NCBI GenBank assembly: GCA_024654025.1 | Contig: JANLIR010000002.1 | Coordinates: forward strand, 168,959-232,958 | Length of the DNA stretch: 64,000 nucleotides | Direction of reading: 5' to 3' | Source of the DNA: Candidatus Wolfebacteria bacterium | GTDB lineage: Bacteria; Patescibacteriota; Minisyncoccia; UBA6257; UBA9933 | Shown here: positions 18,340 through 26,660 of the stretch, piece after piece | Layout: every line of letters begins with the position of its first letter | How positions within the stretch are numbered: the stretch's first letter is position 1 | The notes under the pieces: model-generated | The model's database searches: none | Told to the model about the DNA's origin: nothing | Seen by the model: the letters and a program-made list of their open reading frames with translations, nothing else | Position numbers and translations under genes: made by a program

Positions 18340-18568
18340 TGGACGCGCCCCGACTCGAACGGGGGACCTTCTCGGTGTCCCGCACAAAGTGGGTGCTATA
18401 GGATTCGAACCTATGACCTTCGCAGTGTAAATGCGACGCTCTAACCAACTGAGCTAAGCACCCACTTTAAGCGGGATTGCGATTTGTTTTTAAAAATTTT
18501 ATATCAAATTAAATTTTTAGACAAATCGGGAATAAACGAGACGCTCTAACCAACTGAGCTACGCGTCC
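18340..18568 (-). other. Interrupted tRNA-Val-like gene (outer halves) hosting a complete tRNA-Val in its anticodon-loop region
   Basis: 5' part (plus coords ~18535-18568): GGACGCG-TA-GCTC-AGTTGGTTAG-AGC-G-TCTCG-TTT… 3' part (18340-18384): …ACAC-CGAGA-AGGTC-CCCCG-TTCGAGT-CGGGG-CGCGTCC-A. Acceptor GGACGCG/CGCGTCC and anticodon stem TCTCG/CGAGA pair perfectly across a ~155-nt insert. Confidence 0.5.
18390..18463 (-). tRNA. tRNA-Val (anticodon TAC)
   Basis: GGGTGCT-TA-GCTC-AGTTGGTTAG-AGC-G-TCGCA-TTTACAC-TGCGA-AGGTC-ATAGG-TTCGAAT-CCTAT-AGCACCC-A. Flanked by imperfect inverted repeats CCCGCTTAAAGT / ACTTTGTGCGGG (18464-18475, 18379-18390). Confidence 0.8.
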
Positions 18569-18569
18569 A

Positions 18570-19184
18570 CTATTTGATTTTATCGTCTCCATTGCTATTC
18601 TCTTTGCTTAACGCATTAAAGACTTTTTTCAGAGCGTATTCAAAAAATATAACTCCTATTATTAAAAGCGTCAAAAACAGGGCGGCTCGTTTTAAATCGT
18701 GTTTAAGAATATCGGTTTGGTGCGCAAAAAGGTATCCAAGAGAAATTAATAAAGTTGTCCAGACAGCTGCGGCGGTTGCGCTGTATTTCAAAAGTTTTTT
18801 AAGCGAAATTTTTGAATAGCCGGCGCAGACTAAAACTACTCTGTTTAAATTCCACGCGAACTTGGAAATAAAAATCCAAAAACCGCTTCTTTTTTCCAGT
18901 TTCCGCAAAATCGGCGCGGTGTTTTCGGTTGTAAAAAATAAAAATTTTTTCCGTCCGCTTTCAACCAATCTTTTACCCAAGCTCCAATAAAAAAGATCGC
19001 ACAAGATAACCCCGATAAAAGCCGTTATTAGCGAAGGGAAAAAACCGACAGCTCCGCTTCTTACCAATACTCCGGTCAGTACCAGAATAATTTCTCCCTC
19101 TATGAACATTCCTATAAATATGGCCAAGTACGCGAGTATTCGGTGAACTTCGGAGAGATTTAAAAACAAGGATTCAATATGCAT
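18570..19184 (-). CDS. DedA-family (VTT/SNARE-associated domain) membrane protein
   Basis: 204 aa; multiple TM helices and conserved DedA segments (FIGMFIEGEIILVLTGVLV…GFWIFISKFAWNLNRVVLVCAGYSKISLKKLLKY). Its stop abuts the 5' end of the interrupted tRNA. Confidence 0.75.
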   Translation of the reverse strand: MHIESLFLNLSEVHRILAYLAIFIGMFIEGEIILVLTGVLVRSGAVGFFPSLITAFIGVILCDLFYWSLGKRLVESGRKKFLFFTTENTAPILRKLEKRSGFWIFISKFAWNLNRVVLVCAGYSKISLKKLLKYSATAAAVWTTLLISLGYLFAHQTDILKHDLKRAALFLTLLIIGVIFFEYALKKVFNALSKENSNGDDKIK

Positions 19185-19206
19185 CTCCTTATTATAGCAA
19201 AAAAAG

Positions 19207-19278
19207 TGCGAGTGGCAGGGATCGAACCTGCGACGGCCGTCTTATAAGGGCGGTGCTCTACCACTGAGCTACACTCGC
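19207..19278 (-). tRNA. tRNA with anticodon TAT (reads AUA; Ile-type)
   Basis: GCGAGTG-TA-GCTC-AGTGGTA-GAGC-A-CCGCC-CTTATAA-GACGG-CCGTC-GCAGG-TTCGATC-CCTGC-CACTCGC-A. One C·A mismatch in the anticodon stem. Anticodon UAU, not the usual bacterial CAU-lysidine. Confidence 0.55.
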
Positions 19279-19394
19279 AAATTATTTCATAACCAGCTGC
19301 CTGTCCGCCGCAGTCCGCCTATTGGCGGACGAAGGAGGAAGCTACACGCGCAAAGATAGCAATAAATATAGCAAAAACTTTTGTATAGTCAAAG

Positions 19395-20333
19395 CTACTT
19401 CAAAGTCGTAATCGGCCTGCTTTGGACAATATAAAATTTATTTTTTTCAAAAGCCCATTCAATGTCCTGCGGTTTTTTATAATGATTTTCTATATTTTGG
19501 CATATTTGTGCCAACTGTAAAATATATTTGTCGGCCAGTTTTTGTTTTTCTTGCTTGGCTTTCGGCACGATAGTTTCTTTAACTCCGCTTCCGTCTCGCA
19601 CAACCATCATTTCCTGCTTTGAAATGTTTGAGTCCAAAATATTTCTGTTTGTTTTGTGAATTACGTAAGTGTCAGGAGTGATTTTGCCCCCGACAATCGC
19701 TTCGCCCAATCCATACCCGGCCTCAATTACCATCTGGTCATAATCTTCGGTTACTGGGTGTACCGTAAAACAGATTCCGGAAATTTCCGATTGAATCATT
19801 TTCTGCACCACAACTGCCACTAAAACTTTTTGCTTATGAAGTTTTTTTTCAAACCGATAAAAAATCGCGCGTGGAGTAAATAGCGATGCCCAGCATTTTT
19901 TAACATTTTCCAAAAGATTTCCCTTTGAAGTATTTAAATAACTTTCCAATTCTCCGGCCCAGGAAGCGGTAGAAGAGTCCTCGGCTGTGGCTGAACTACG
20001 TACTGCCACATATTTTGTTTTCAGCTTGGCGAATTCAGTTAAAATTTCTTTGGCGATATCTTTGGGAAATTTAGCGTTTAAAATTAAGCTCCTGATTTCT
20101 TCAGAGACCTTTTCAATGGAGTTTATATCTTTGACTTTTACTTTGTGGAGCTGGGCTTCTATCTCAACGTCAATATCGGTTTCTTCCAAAAACCTATCAA
20201 AAGCCCCAGCCAAAACCACAAATCCGGGCGGCACCGGAATTCCGGATTTTATCATTTCGCCAAGCGAAGCTCCCTTGCCTCCGGCAATAGCAGCGTCTTT
20301 TTTTGAAAGTTTGTTAATTTTTTTAATAAACAT
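19395..20333 (-). CDS. PEP-utilising enzyme N-terminal ATP/nucleotide-binding domain protein (PPDK_N-like; PEP synthase / rifampin-phosphotransferase ATP-grasp module), stand-alone
   Basis: 312 aa. GGKGASLGEM and VAVRSSATAEDSSTASWAGELESYLN match the PEP synthase / PPDK N-terminal domain. No swivel or PEP-binding domain in the same ORF. Confidence 0.75.
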   Translation of the reverse strand: MFIKKINKLSKKDAAIAGGKGASLGEMIKSGIPVPPGFVVLAGAFDRFLEETDIDVEIEAQLHKVKVKDINSIEKVSEEIRSLILNAKFPKDIAKEILTEFAKLKTKYVAVRSSATAEDSSTASWAGELESYLNTSKGNLLENVKKCWASLFTPRAIFYRFEKKLHKQKVLVAVVVQKMIQSEISGICFTVHPVTEDYDQMVIEAGYGLGEAIVGGKITPDTYVIHKTNRNILDSNISKQEMMVVRDGSGVKETIVPKAKQEKQKLADKYILQLAQICQNIENHYKKPQDIEWAFEKNKFYIVQSRPITTLK

Positions 20334-20366
20334 AATCTACATTTTAACAGCCCAAACCGCTTATAT

Positions 20367-21965
20367 CTACCTTCCCAAATGCAAAACTTTTCTATGATGA
20401 GGATTTGATGTTTTTTGGGCTTGAACCGGAATTATCTTAAAATTATTTTTTGATTTTTTTATCACCGTCACCTTCCCGGAATTTGCGTCAACCTCAACCA
20501 GGTCGCCGTCTTTTAATGATTTTGTAGCTGTCTTTGCTCCGATAATGCATGGTGTTTTAAGTTCTCGAGCCACAATCGCCGCATGGCACAATAAACCTCC
20601 CTCATCGGTGACAACGGCGGAAGCTTTTTTTATTAAAGGCACAAAATCCGGCGTTGTCATAGAAGTAACTAAAACGTCTCCCTCTTCAAATTTTCCTTTT
20701 TCTGACCTTGGGTCAAAAATAATTTTAGCTTTTCCTTTGACCCTTCCTTTATATGCAGTAAACCCTTTTAGTATTTGATTTTTTGAGGTTTCTATCTTCT
20801 CGTGCCAGTCTTCTTTTTTGACGCCGGTCCATACTTTAATCGCGTTTCCGACTTGTTTTATGGTGGCTCCTTTTAATATTCTTTCTCTGACTATTTTTTT
20901 TGGATTATTTTTTCCCAAAAGACCCTCAATAATTTCTTTTTTGGAAAGAAGCCAAAAATCGTCCGCTTCTTCCAATTTCAATCTGTCTATAATTTCAAGG
21001 TAAAAATCCCAGCAGTGCACGAAGTAGTTATAATAATTTTCTTCATCGCAGTTGCGGTAGCCCATCATTTTTCTGAGCCAGAAAATATGTTTTGTTATTT
21101 TGGAATGTTTTTTTAGTTCGGATAAAATTTTCCCCACTATTTTTCGGCTCTTTTCTTCTTCATTATTTATTTTTCTTATTTCGGCTTCGGCATCGGTTTT
21201 TAAGTGTTTCAAAAACCGTTTGTCAATGTCCCCAAGCTTGTAATAATTGCCGTCGTGTTTAAAACTGCATCCGCCGAATTTATACCAATGGCCGAAAATA
21301 ATTTTTTTAATCTTTTTGTCCCGCCAGTTTTTTGAAGTCCTGTATATTTTTTGTATCTTAATTAATTTTTTCAAAAAATTCAGCCGCTCGGTCTTAACCA
21401 TTGAATTTATGCCCACAGATGAAAGAGTTTGCAGAATTTTTCCAACATCTTTTATTTTCAGCTCAGAAGAAAATTTGTCCAATTCTTTTTTGACTAGGCG
21501 GGGAAGAAGATTAACCAAGTCGTAGACGACGTAATAGCCGGCCAGCGCCCGGCGGTGATAATAACCGTGCTTTTCCAATATTTTTACCAGATCGCCGTTT
21601 GTCCTGCTTTTGTAAAAACCGGCACCTTTGGTAAATATTTGATCGGTTATTTTTTTAAAATCCGCGTAAGATTTGAAAAAATATTTTTCCAGCCTGCTGA
21701 AATAATTTTTATCTTTCAGTAAATCGCCGGCGACTCCTTCCAGAAATTCGTCTTCAATTTTACTGTCCCAATAAATAAAAAATTCCCTGGGATTGCCCGA
21801 TCTGGTAGAAACGTATTTAACCCAATTGCCGTAATTTCTTTTATAAGGATCTCCTTTCCAATTTAAAATAGTTACTTTTAAAGTTTCTTCTTCAGAAAGA
21901 ATATCCAGTACTCTGACCATTTTTTCAATGTTATCCGGATTGGAAAAGGGTTTATACCTGCTCAT
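20367..21965 (-). CDS. Uncharacterised ~420-aa domain fused to a C-terminal PEP-utilising-enzyme mobile (phospho-histidine swivel) domain
   Basis: 532 aa. The C-terminal ~100 aa (…VTDEGGLLCHAAIVARELKTPCIIGAKTATKSLKDGDLVEVDANSGKV) is a canonical PEP-utilisers swivel domain with the catalytic His. The N-terminal part is Lys/Tyr-rich with no recognisable motif. Start overlaps the upstream gene by 4 nt. Confidence 0.7.
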   Translation of the reverse strand: MSRYKPFSNPDNIEKMVRVLDILSEEETLKVTILNWKGDPYKRNYGNWVKYVSTRSGNPREFFIYWDSKIEDEFLEGVAGDLLKDKNYFSRLEKYFFKSYADFKKITDQIFTKGAGFYKSRTNGDLVKILEKHGYYHRRALAGYYVVYDLVNLLPRLVKKELDKFSSELKIKDVGKILQTLSSVGINSMVKTERLNFLKKLIKIQKIYRTSKNWRDKKIKKIIFGHWYKFGGCSFKHDGNYYKLGDIDKRFLKHLKTDAEAEIRKINNEEEKSRKIVGKILSELKKHSKITKHIFWLRKMMGYRNCDEENYYNYFVHCWDFYLEIIDRLKLEEADDFWLLSKKEIIEGLLGKNNPKKIVRERILKGATIKQVGNAIKVWTGVKKEDWHEKIETSKNQILKGFTAYKGRVKGKAKIIFDPRSEKGKFEEGDVLVTSMTTPDFVPLIKKASAVVTDEGGLLCHAAIVARELKTPCIIGAKTATKSLKDGDLVEVDANSGKVTVIKKSKNNFKIIPVQAQKTSNPHHRKVLHLGR

Positions 21966-22285
21966 TTCAAAATTTTTACGATTCCTTTGTTTAAGTCCAT
22001 TTCAACCCTGTCGCCGTCTTTTAAAATTTTCGTGGCGTTTTTCGTACCCACAATACAAGGAATGCCGAATTCCCGAGCTATAATTGCAGGATGAGAGGTG
22101 ATTCCTCCTCTATCTGTGATTATGGCAGCCGCTTTTATGATAATTGCCGCGAAAGAAGGATTGGTTAATTCCGCAACTAAAATTTCCCCTTCTTTAAAAT
22201 TTTTAAAATCCTTGGGATTTTTAATGATTTTTACTCTGCCCTTGGCTTTCCCTTTGTTTGCAACGATCCCTTTTATTTCTTTCAT
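21962..22285 (-). CDS. Stand-alone PEP-utilising-enzyme mobile (phospho-histidine swivel) domain protein
   Basis: 107 aa; …ITDRGGITSHPAIIAREFGIPCIVGTKNATKILKDGDRVEMDLNKGIV. Overlaps both neighbours by 4 nt (translational coupling). Confidence 0.75.
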   Translation of the reverse strand: MKEIKGIVANKGKAKGRVKIIKNPKDFKNFKEGEILVAELTNPSFAAIIIKAAAIITDRGGITSHPAIIAREFGIPCIVGTKNATKILKDGDRVEMDLNKGIVKILK

Positions 22286-23346
22286 AAATTGTAAATTTTT
22301 TTCAAGTATGCCACCCCTACGTATTTCTCATACTCCTTTTTATTTTTCGGATAGGACATTTTTATAAAACCTGTTTTTAAGCGCTTATCTTTTATTTTTT
22401 TAACCATTTCTTTATCCGGACGCCAATTTAAGCCAGCCAAATTAAATAATCCCCTTAATTCATAAGCTTGCTGTTCTAAAAATTTCAATTTTGTTTTTTC
22501 AAAATTATATCCCTTTGCCTCAAGATAAATTTCTCCGGTTTTCTCCGCTATTTGCCGGATTAATTTTTCAATTTTAAGGCCAGTCGCTGGTTTTCCGTTC
22601 AACAAAACCAAATATTTAAACAATTTTTTGGCATAGTCCTTATCCGCTAAAATATGAGTAGTTACAAAACGCATTTTGAGTCTTGTGTCTTTGTATAAAA
22701 CCAAAATCATTATTTTTTTAAATTTAAAATTTTTTAATTTAGGCCACAGCTCTTTAGGAAACAAATCAAGGTAATTCTTTATAAGCAGAGAATGATTTTT
22801 ATATTTGTAAGGACCTTCGTTAAAATAACCATATTCGGTTGAATAATCGTTGTAAAGCGCGTGGTTATACATCGCTAAAATACCGCTTAATTTAGATATA
22901 TTTGCCTTTTCTTTTTCGCCGGCAACTTTCAATTTTAGGATAATTCTGCTGATTTCTTCTTTTGTTCTTAAAACACAACTTTTTTCATTAAATAGATTTT
23001 TATCTTTGCTTATCCAAAGCATGTACTTTATGAAAAAGTCAAAAATAGTTTTTGCTTTTTCTTTGTCATAATTAAAATAAGCGCCCATATTCACAAGCGT
23101 ATAAAATATATATTTTATGGAGCCATAATTAGAAAGGTTCGCTAAAATTTTCTTTTGGGATATTTTTTTGCTTTCAATTATCTTAATGGCGGAATAAATT
23201 TTATCCATCCAAAGTTTGAAATATAAAGGATAAAATTTAAAGGCATTGAATGGCAGATGAGATGCCGGGTCGTGATCGCCGAAAGTAAAATCCTTTACGG
23301 CATCAGAATAATCCCGTATCCATTTATTTGGATTCCAATTATTCAT
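22282..23346 (-). CDS. Uncharacterised protein (possible substrate-binding partner of the adjacent swivel domain)
   Basis: 354 aa, Lys/Tyr/Asn-rich, no recognisable motif. Same operon position relative to a swivel domain as the N-terminal part of the 532-aa protein. Confidence 0.45.
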   Translation of the reverse strand: MNNWNPNKWIRDYSDAVKDFTFGDHDPASHLPFNAFKFYPLYFKLWMDKIYSAIKIIESKKISQKKILANLSNYGSIKYIFYTLVNMGAYFNYDKEKAKTIFDFFIKYMLWISKDKNLFNEKSCVLRTKEEISRIILKLKVAGEKEKANISKLSGILAMYNHALYNDYSTEYGYFNEGPYKYKNHSLLIKNYLDLFPKELWPKLKNFKFKKIMILVLYKDTRLKMRFVTTHILADKDYAKKLFKYLVLLNGKPATGLKIEKLIRQIAEKTGEIYLEAKGYNFEKTKLKFLEQQAYELRGLFNLAGLNWRPDKEMVKKIKDKRLKTGFIKMSYPKNKKEYEKYVGVAYLKKIYNL

Positions 23347-24196
23347 TTTGTTCTTCTATTTTTACCTCAAATTCTTTTCCGCGCCATACAATTTTTATTT
23401 GATCTCCGCCGATTGTTATGGTCGCGCCTTCCGTGGTGTCTGTAAGCTTTTCATCAGAAATTTCCTTAAAACTTTTAGGAGAAACTTCTCCCGTGATCAG
23501 TTTCAAAATAGCCGCGTCTAAATCCCAGCGGTGGGAAACAGCGCCAATGACCACAGGCCTTTCAGGGAAATATTTTTTTGCAAATTCATGAAGCCTGTCT
23601 AATCCAAATAAGTACTCTTCCGCTACGGTTTCCGGATTTGGACCCTCTGATCCTTCTATGTTTTCTCCTTTGGTATGAGACCATTCTTCAAAAGCTCCTT
23701 CTTCGTTATCGCCATATTTTTTGTCCAAATAATCGTAATATTCAAAATTGTCTTTTTTAGCGTCCCAACGGCGGTCAAATGAAAGTTCTTTAACAAAAAG
23801 AGGAAAATCAACCACTATTTTTTTGTTTTTATTTTCGTCGCTCTCAACTATTTCAATGATTTTTTTAATTGCGGATGAAATTGATCCGGTTTTTCCTGCT
23901 TGGTTTAAAATTTCCTCTTTGATTAAAACCAACACGGTTTCATCGTTTTCATACAACGTTTTCAATCCTTCGCCTGCCGCAATGGCCGTTGATTTGGTTC
24001 TTGCGAGCTCTGTGGCCCCTCCAATATAAATTAAAGCTCTATCAGGAGCGTTATCTATAATTTCTTTTATTTCCCTAGCTTTTTGTTCCTTGGCTTTTTC
24101 AACGCCTTTTTCGCTAAGCCCGGGATGAGTTTGCGATTCCGGGTTTTTCTCATCCGGCTTATCCGAATGTCTTAAAATAAAAAACTTCTTTTCCAT
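23339..24196 (-). CDS. Histidine-phosphatase-superfamily (PGAM/SixA-like) protein, tentative
   Basis: 285 aa. N-terminal FILRHSDKPDE… (RH[G/S] motif) and a later GAVSHRWDLDAAI (second catalytic His). Acidic inserts. 8-nt overlap with the downstream gene. Confidence 0.45.
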   Translation of the reverse strand: MEKKFFILRHSDKPDEKNPESQTHPGLSEKGVEKAKEQKAREIKEIIDNAPDRALIYIGGATELARTKSTAIAAGEGLKTLYENDETVLVLIKEEILNQAGKTGSISSAIKKIIEIVESDENKNKKIVVDFPLFVKELSFDRRWDAKKDNFEYYDYLDKKYGDNEEGAFEEWSHTKGENIEGSEGPNPETVAEEYLFGLDRLHEFAKKYFPERPVVIGAVSHRWDLDAAILKLITGEVSPKSFKEISDEKLTDTTEGATITIGGDQIKIVWRGKEFEVKIEEQNE

Positions 24197-24228
24197 TGAT
24201 AAAATTATACAGAAATCCGGCGGTTAAT

Positions 24229-24257
24229 AAAACAGGTCGCCTGAGGCGACCTGTTTG
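24229..24257 (-). terminator. Terminator downstream of ftsH
   Basis: AAACAGGTCGCC-TGAG-GCGACCTGTTT, a perfect 11-bp stem flanked by A/T runs. Confidence 0.6.
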
Positions 24258-24266
24258 GCTGGCAGA

Positions 24267-26153
24267 TTAAATCGTCAAAGGTTTTAATCTAAATCCTTTT
24301 ATTAGCTTATCAAATTCTTCTCTTTCTATGGTTTCTTCAGACATTAGTTTTTTGGCAATAGCTTCCAAAACGTTTTTTCGCGAAGTGATTATTTTTTTGG
24401 CAGCCGTATAAGCGTGTTCAATAAATTTTTTTACTTCTTCGTCTATTTGCGTGGCCACTTTTTCCGAATAATTTTTTTCAGTGGCAATTTCTCTGCCCAA
24501 GAAAATCAACTCCTGCGTTTTGCCAAAAGTAATAGGCCCCAATTTTTCGCTCATTCCGAATTTTGTGACCAAACGTCTGGCTAATTCTGAAGCCATCTGC
24601 AAATCATTAGAAGCTCCGGTGGAAACATCTTTAAACATTATTTCTTCAGCTGAAAATCCGCCCATCATCACTGCTAAGTCGCTGATAAATTGCGTTTTTG
24701 TTTTTAAATGGACGTCTTCAGTAGGAAGTTTTAAAGTATATCCGCCTGCGTGTCCCCGCGCGACAACGGAAACTTTGTGCACTGGATCAGTGTTTTTTAA
24801 ACTCGCGGCGATTAAAGCGTGGCCTGCTTCGTGATAAGCGGTTATCTCTTTTTCTTTTTGGCTTAATACCCGGCTCCGTCTTTCGGGACCGAGCAGAACT
24901 TTTTCAATTGATTCGTAAAGGGCGTTTTGGGTGATTTCCTTTTCGCCTTTTCGGGCTGTTAAAATTGCGGCTTCGTTCAACATATTTTCTAAATCAGCGC
25001 CGGAAAATCCGGGCGTTCTGACGGCTATTTGTCTTAACACAACGGTTGGCGAAAGCGGTTTGCTCCGGCTGTGAATTTTCAAAATCGCTTCTCTGTCGTT
25101 AATGTCGGGCAGATCAAGAATAACTCTTCTATCAAATCTGCCTGGCCTAAGAAGCGCGGAATCCAAAACATCGGGTCTATTTGTGGCTGCCAAAACAATA
25201 ACATTCGTTTCGTTGTCAAAGCCGTCCATTTCAACCAAAATTTGGTTTAGAGTCTGTTCTCTTTCATCGTGGCCGCCGCCTAGTCCAGCGCCTCTTTCGC
25301 GGCCCACCGCGTCTATCTCATCTATAAATAATATTGCCGGAGATGCTCTTTTGGCTGTGGCAAAGGCGTCCCGAGTTCTTGAGGCTCCCACGCCTACAAA
25401 CATTTCCACAAATTCCGAAGCGGAAATATGGAAAAATGGCACTTCGGCCTCGCCCGCAACCGCCCGCGCCAGCAAGGTTTTGCCTGTTCCGGGCGAGCCT
25501 AGAAGCAAAACGCCTTTTGGAATTTTTGCCCCTATTTCAAGGTATTTTTTTGGATTTTTAAGAAAATCAACAACTTCCATCAATTCTTGTTTGGCTTCTT
25601 TTAGGCCAGCTACGTCGGAAAAGGTAATTTTATTTTTAAAAGACGAAAAAAGTTTGATATTCGCGCGGCCGAAAGTAAAGGCTTGATTCATTCCAGTTTT
25701 GGCCTGCCGGAATGTCATCCAAAAAAATGCTCCTATTAATATAATAGGAAGAAGAATAGGAATTAAAATACCAAGCCAGTATTTCCAGCCTGATTGTTCT
25801 TGGATTTCTAAAGAAACTTTTTGAAGCGCTACTGGGTCAACTCCGTAATTTTTTAGGGTTTCGCTTAATCCGGATTCGGCTTCTTTTTTGGAAACCGCTT
25901 TTTGGTTGTTTTTGAGGTCAATATTCAGGTCATTCCCCAGCACGGCGATTTTGGAAACCTCGCCGCTGTTAATTTTGGTTGCCAATTGGTCCAGAGAAAG
26001 CGTCTGGGTTTTTTCCTGGCCGGTATAAAAAGCTGAAAATAAGAACGCCAGTGCCAAAAGCGAAAAAATTATTCCTAAGATGTTTTTTGTGAGAAGTTTC
26101 ATAAGTGTAAAATTAAAACAAAAGTAAAGTATATTAAGAATATTATCATACAC
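24267..26153 (-). CDS. ftsH: ATP-dependent zinc metalloprotease FtsH
   Basis: 628 aa. N-terminal TM anchor, AAA module (GVLLLGSPGTGKTLLARAVAGEA, Walker B IDEIDAV, SRH), HEAGHA zinc motif. Confidence 0.9.
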   Translation of the reverse strand: MYDNILNILYFCFNFTLMKLLTKNILGIIFSLLALAFLFSAFYTGQEKTQTLSLDQLATKINSGEVSKIAVLGNDLNIDLKNNQKAVSKKEAESGLSETLKNYGVDPVALQKVSLEIQEQSGWKYWLGILIPILLPIILIGAFFWMTFRQAKTGMNQAFTFGRANIKLFSSFKNKITFSDVAGLKEAKQELMEVVDFLKNPKKYLEIGAKIPKGVLLLGSPGTGKTLLARAVAGEAEVPFFHISASEFVEMFVGVGASRTRDAFATAKRASPAILFIDEIDAVGRERGAGLGGGHDEREQTLNQILVEMDGFDNETNVIVLAATNRPDVLDSALLRPGRFDRRVILDLPDINDREAILKIHSRSKPLSPTVVLRQIAVRTPGFSGADLENMLNEAAILTARKGEKEITQNALYESIEKVLLGPERRSRVLSQKEKEITAYHEAGHALIAASLKNTDPVHKVSVVARGHAGGYTLKLPTEDVHLKTKTQFISDLAVMMGGFSAEEIMFKDVSTGASNDLQMASELARRLVTKFGMSEKLGPITFGKTQELIFLGREIATEKNYSEKVATQIDEEVKKFIEHAYTAAKKIITSRKNVLEAIAKKLMSEETIEREEFDKLIKGFRLKPLTI

Positions 26154-26251
26154 TCCCCAAGATTAAAATCAAATTAAAGATATTTTTTATAAAAACAGGG
26201 GAGTCGCTTACGCGGCTCCCCGTCTCCGTTCGGCCGAAAGGAGATTCAGGT

Positions 26252-26506
26252 TCAGGTTACAGAAGGCTTTTTAAGGGGAGGCCTTACTTCGTCCACGACC
26301 TGGGCAAAGGCGGACGAGATCTGATGTTCCTCGGCGCCCACGCGAAAAATGAAGAAATCCCCCAAAGCATTTCTTTTTATCGCGTGAGCACCCACCTCTT
26401 TACCAGCGAACGCTCCCATGTAAATATTTTTCTTGACCCTGGGATTGTTGCTGATACGAATTCTGATTGTGCTCCCTCCCGTGAGTAATGCAATCGCTCT
26501 CTCCAT
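26252..26506 (-). CDS. Small hypothetical protein in a GC-rich islet
   Basis: The tracked ORF is 26252..26617. The internal ATG at 26506 (MERAIALL…) is preceded by GGGAGG. About 48% GC; hairpins at 26190-26245. No recognisable motif. Confidence 0.3.
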   Translation of the reverse strand: MERAIALLTGGSTIRIRISNNPRVKKNIYMGAFAGKEVGAHAIKRNALGDFFIFRVGAEEHQISSAFAQVVDEVRPPLKKPSVT

Positions 26507-26660
26507 GCCCAGATTCCTCCCTGATTTCCTGATTTGGGTTCGTTGCGAATTTCGCCGAAAATCTCTAGCTATTTTACCGCTGTCACCTCCTTTCGATAAG
26601 ATAAGTGCAGATTTCATTATGCCAGAAATTAAATAAAAAGCAACCCCCTAAGGAAAATGA

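Noticed and set aside
16700-18400. Group I intron hosting the LAGLIDADG ORFs
   Set aside because: No rRNA or continuous tRNA exon pair brackets the ORFs on the appropriate strand. The LAGLIDADG gene is on the opposite strand to the tRNAs. It is left as an open possibility in the findings rather than called.
25102-25686. 194-aa plus-strand ORF inside ftsH (also 24481-24834 and 25334-25561)
   Set aside because: Antisense to a strongly conserved ftsH reading frame; shadow ORFs.
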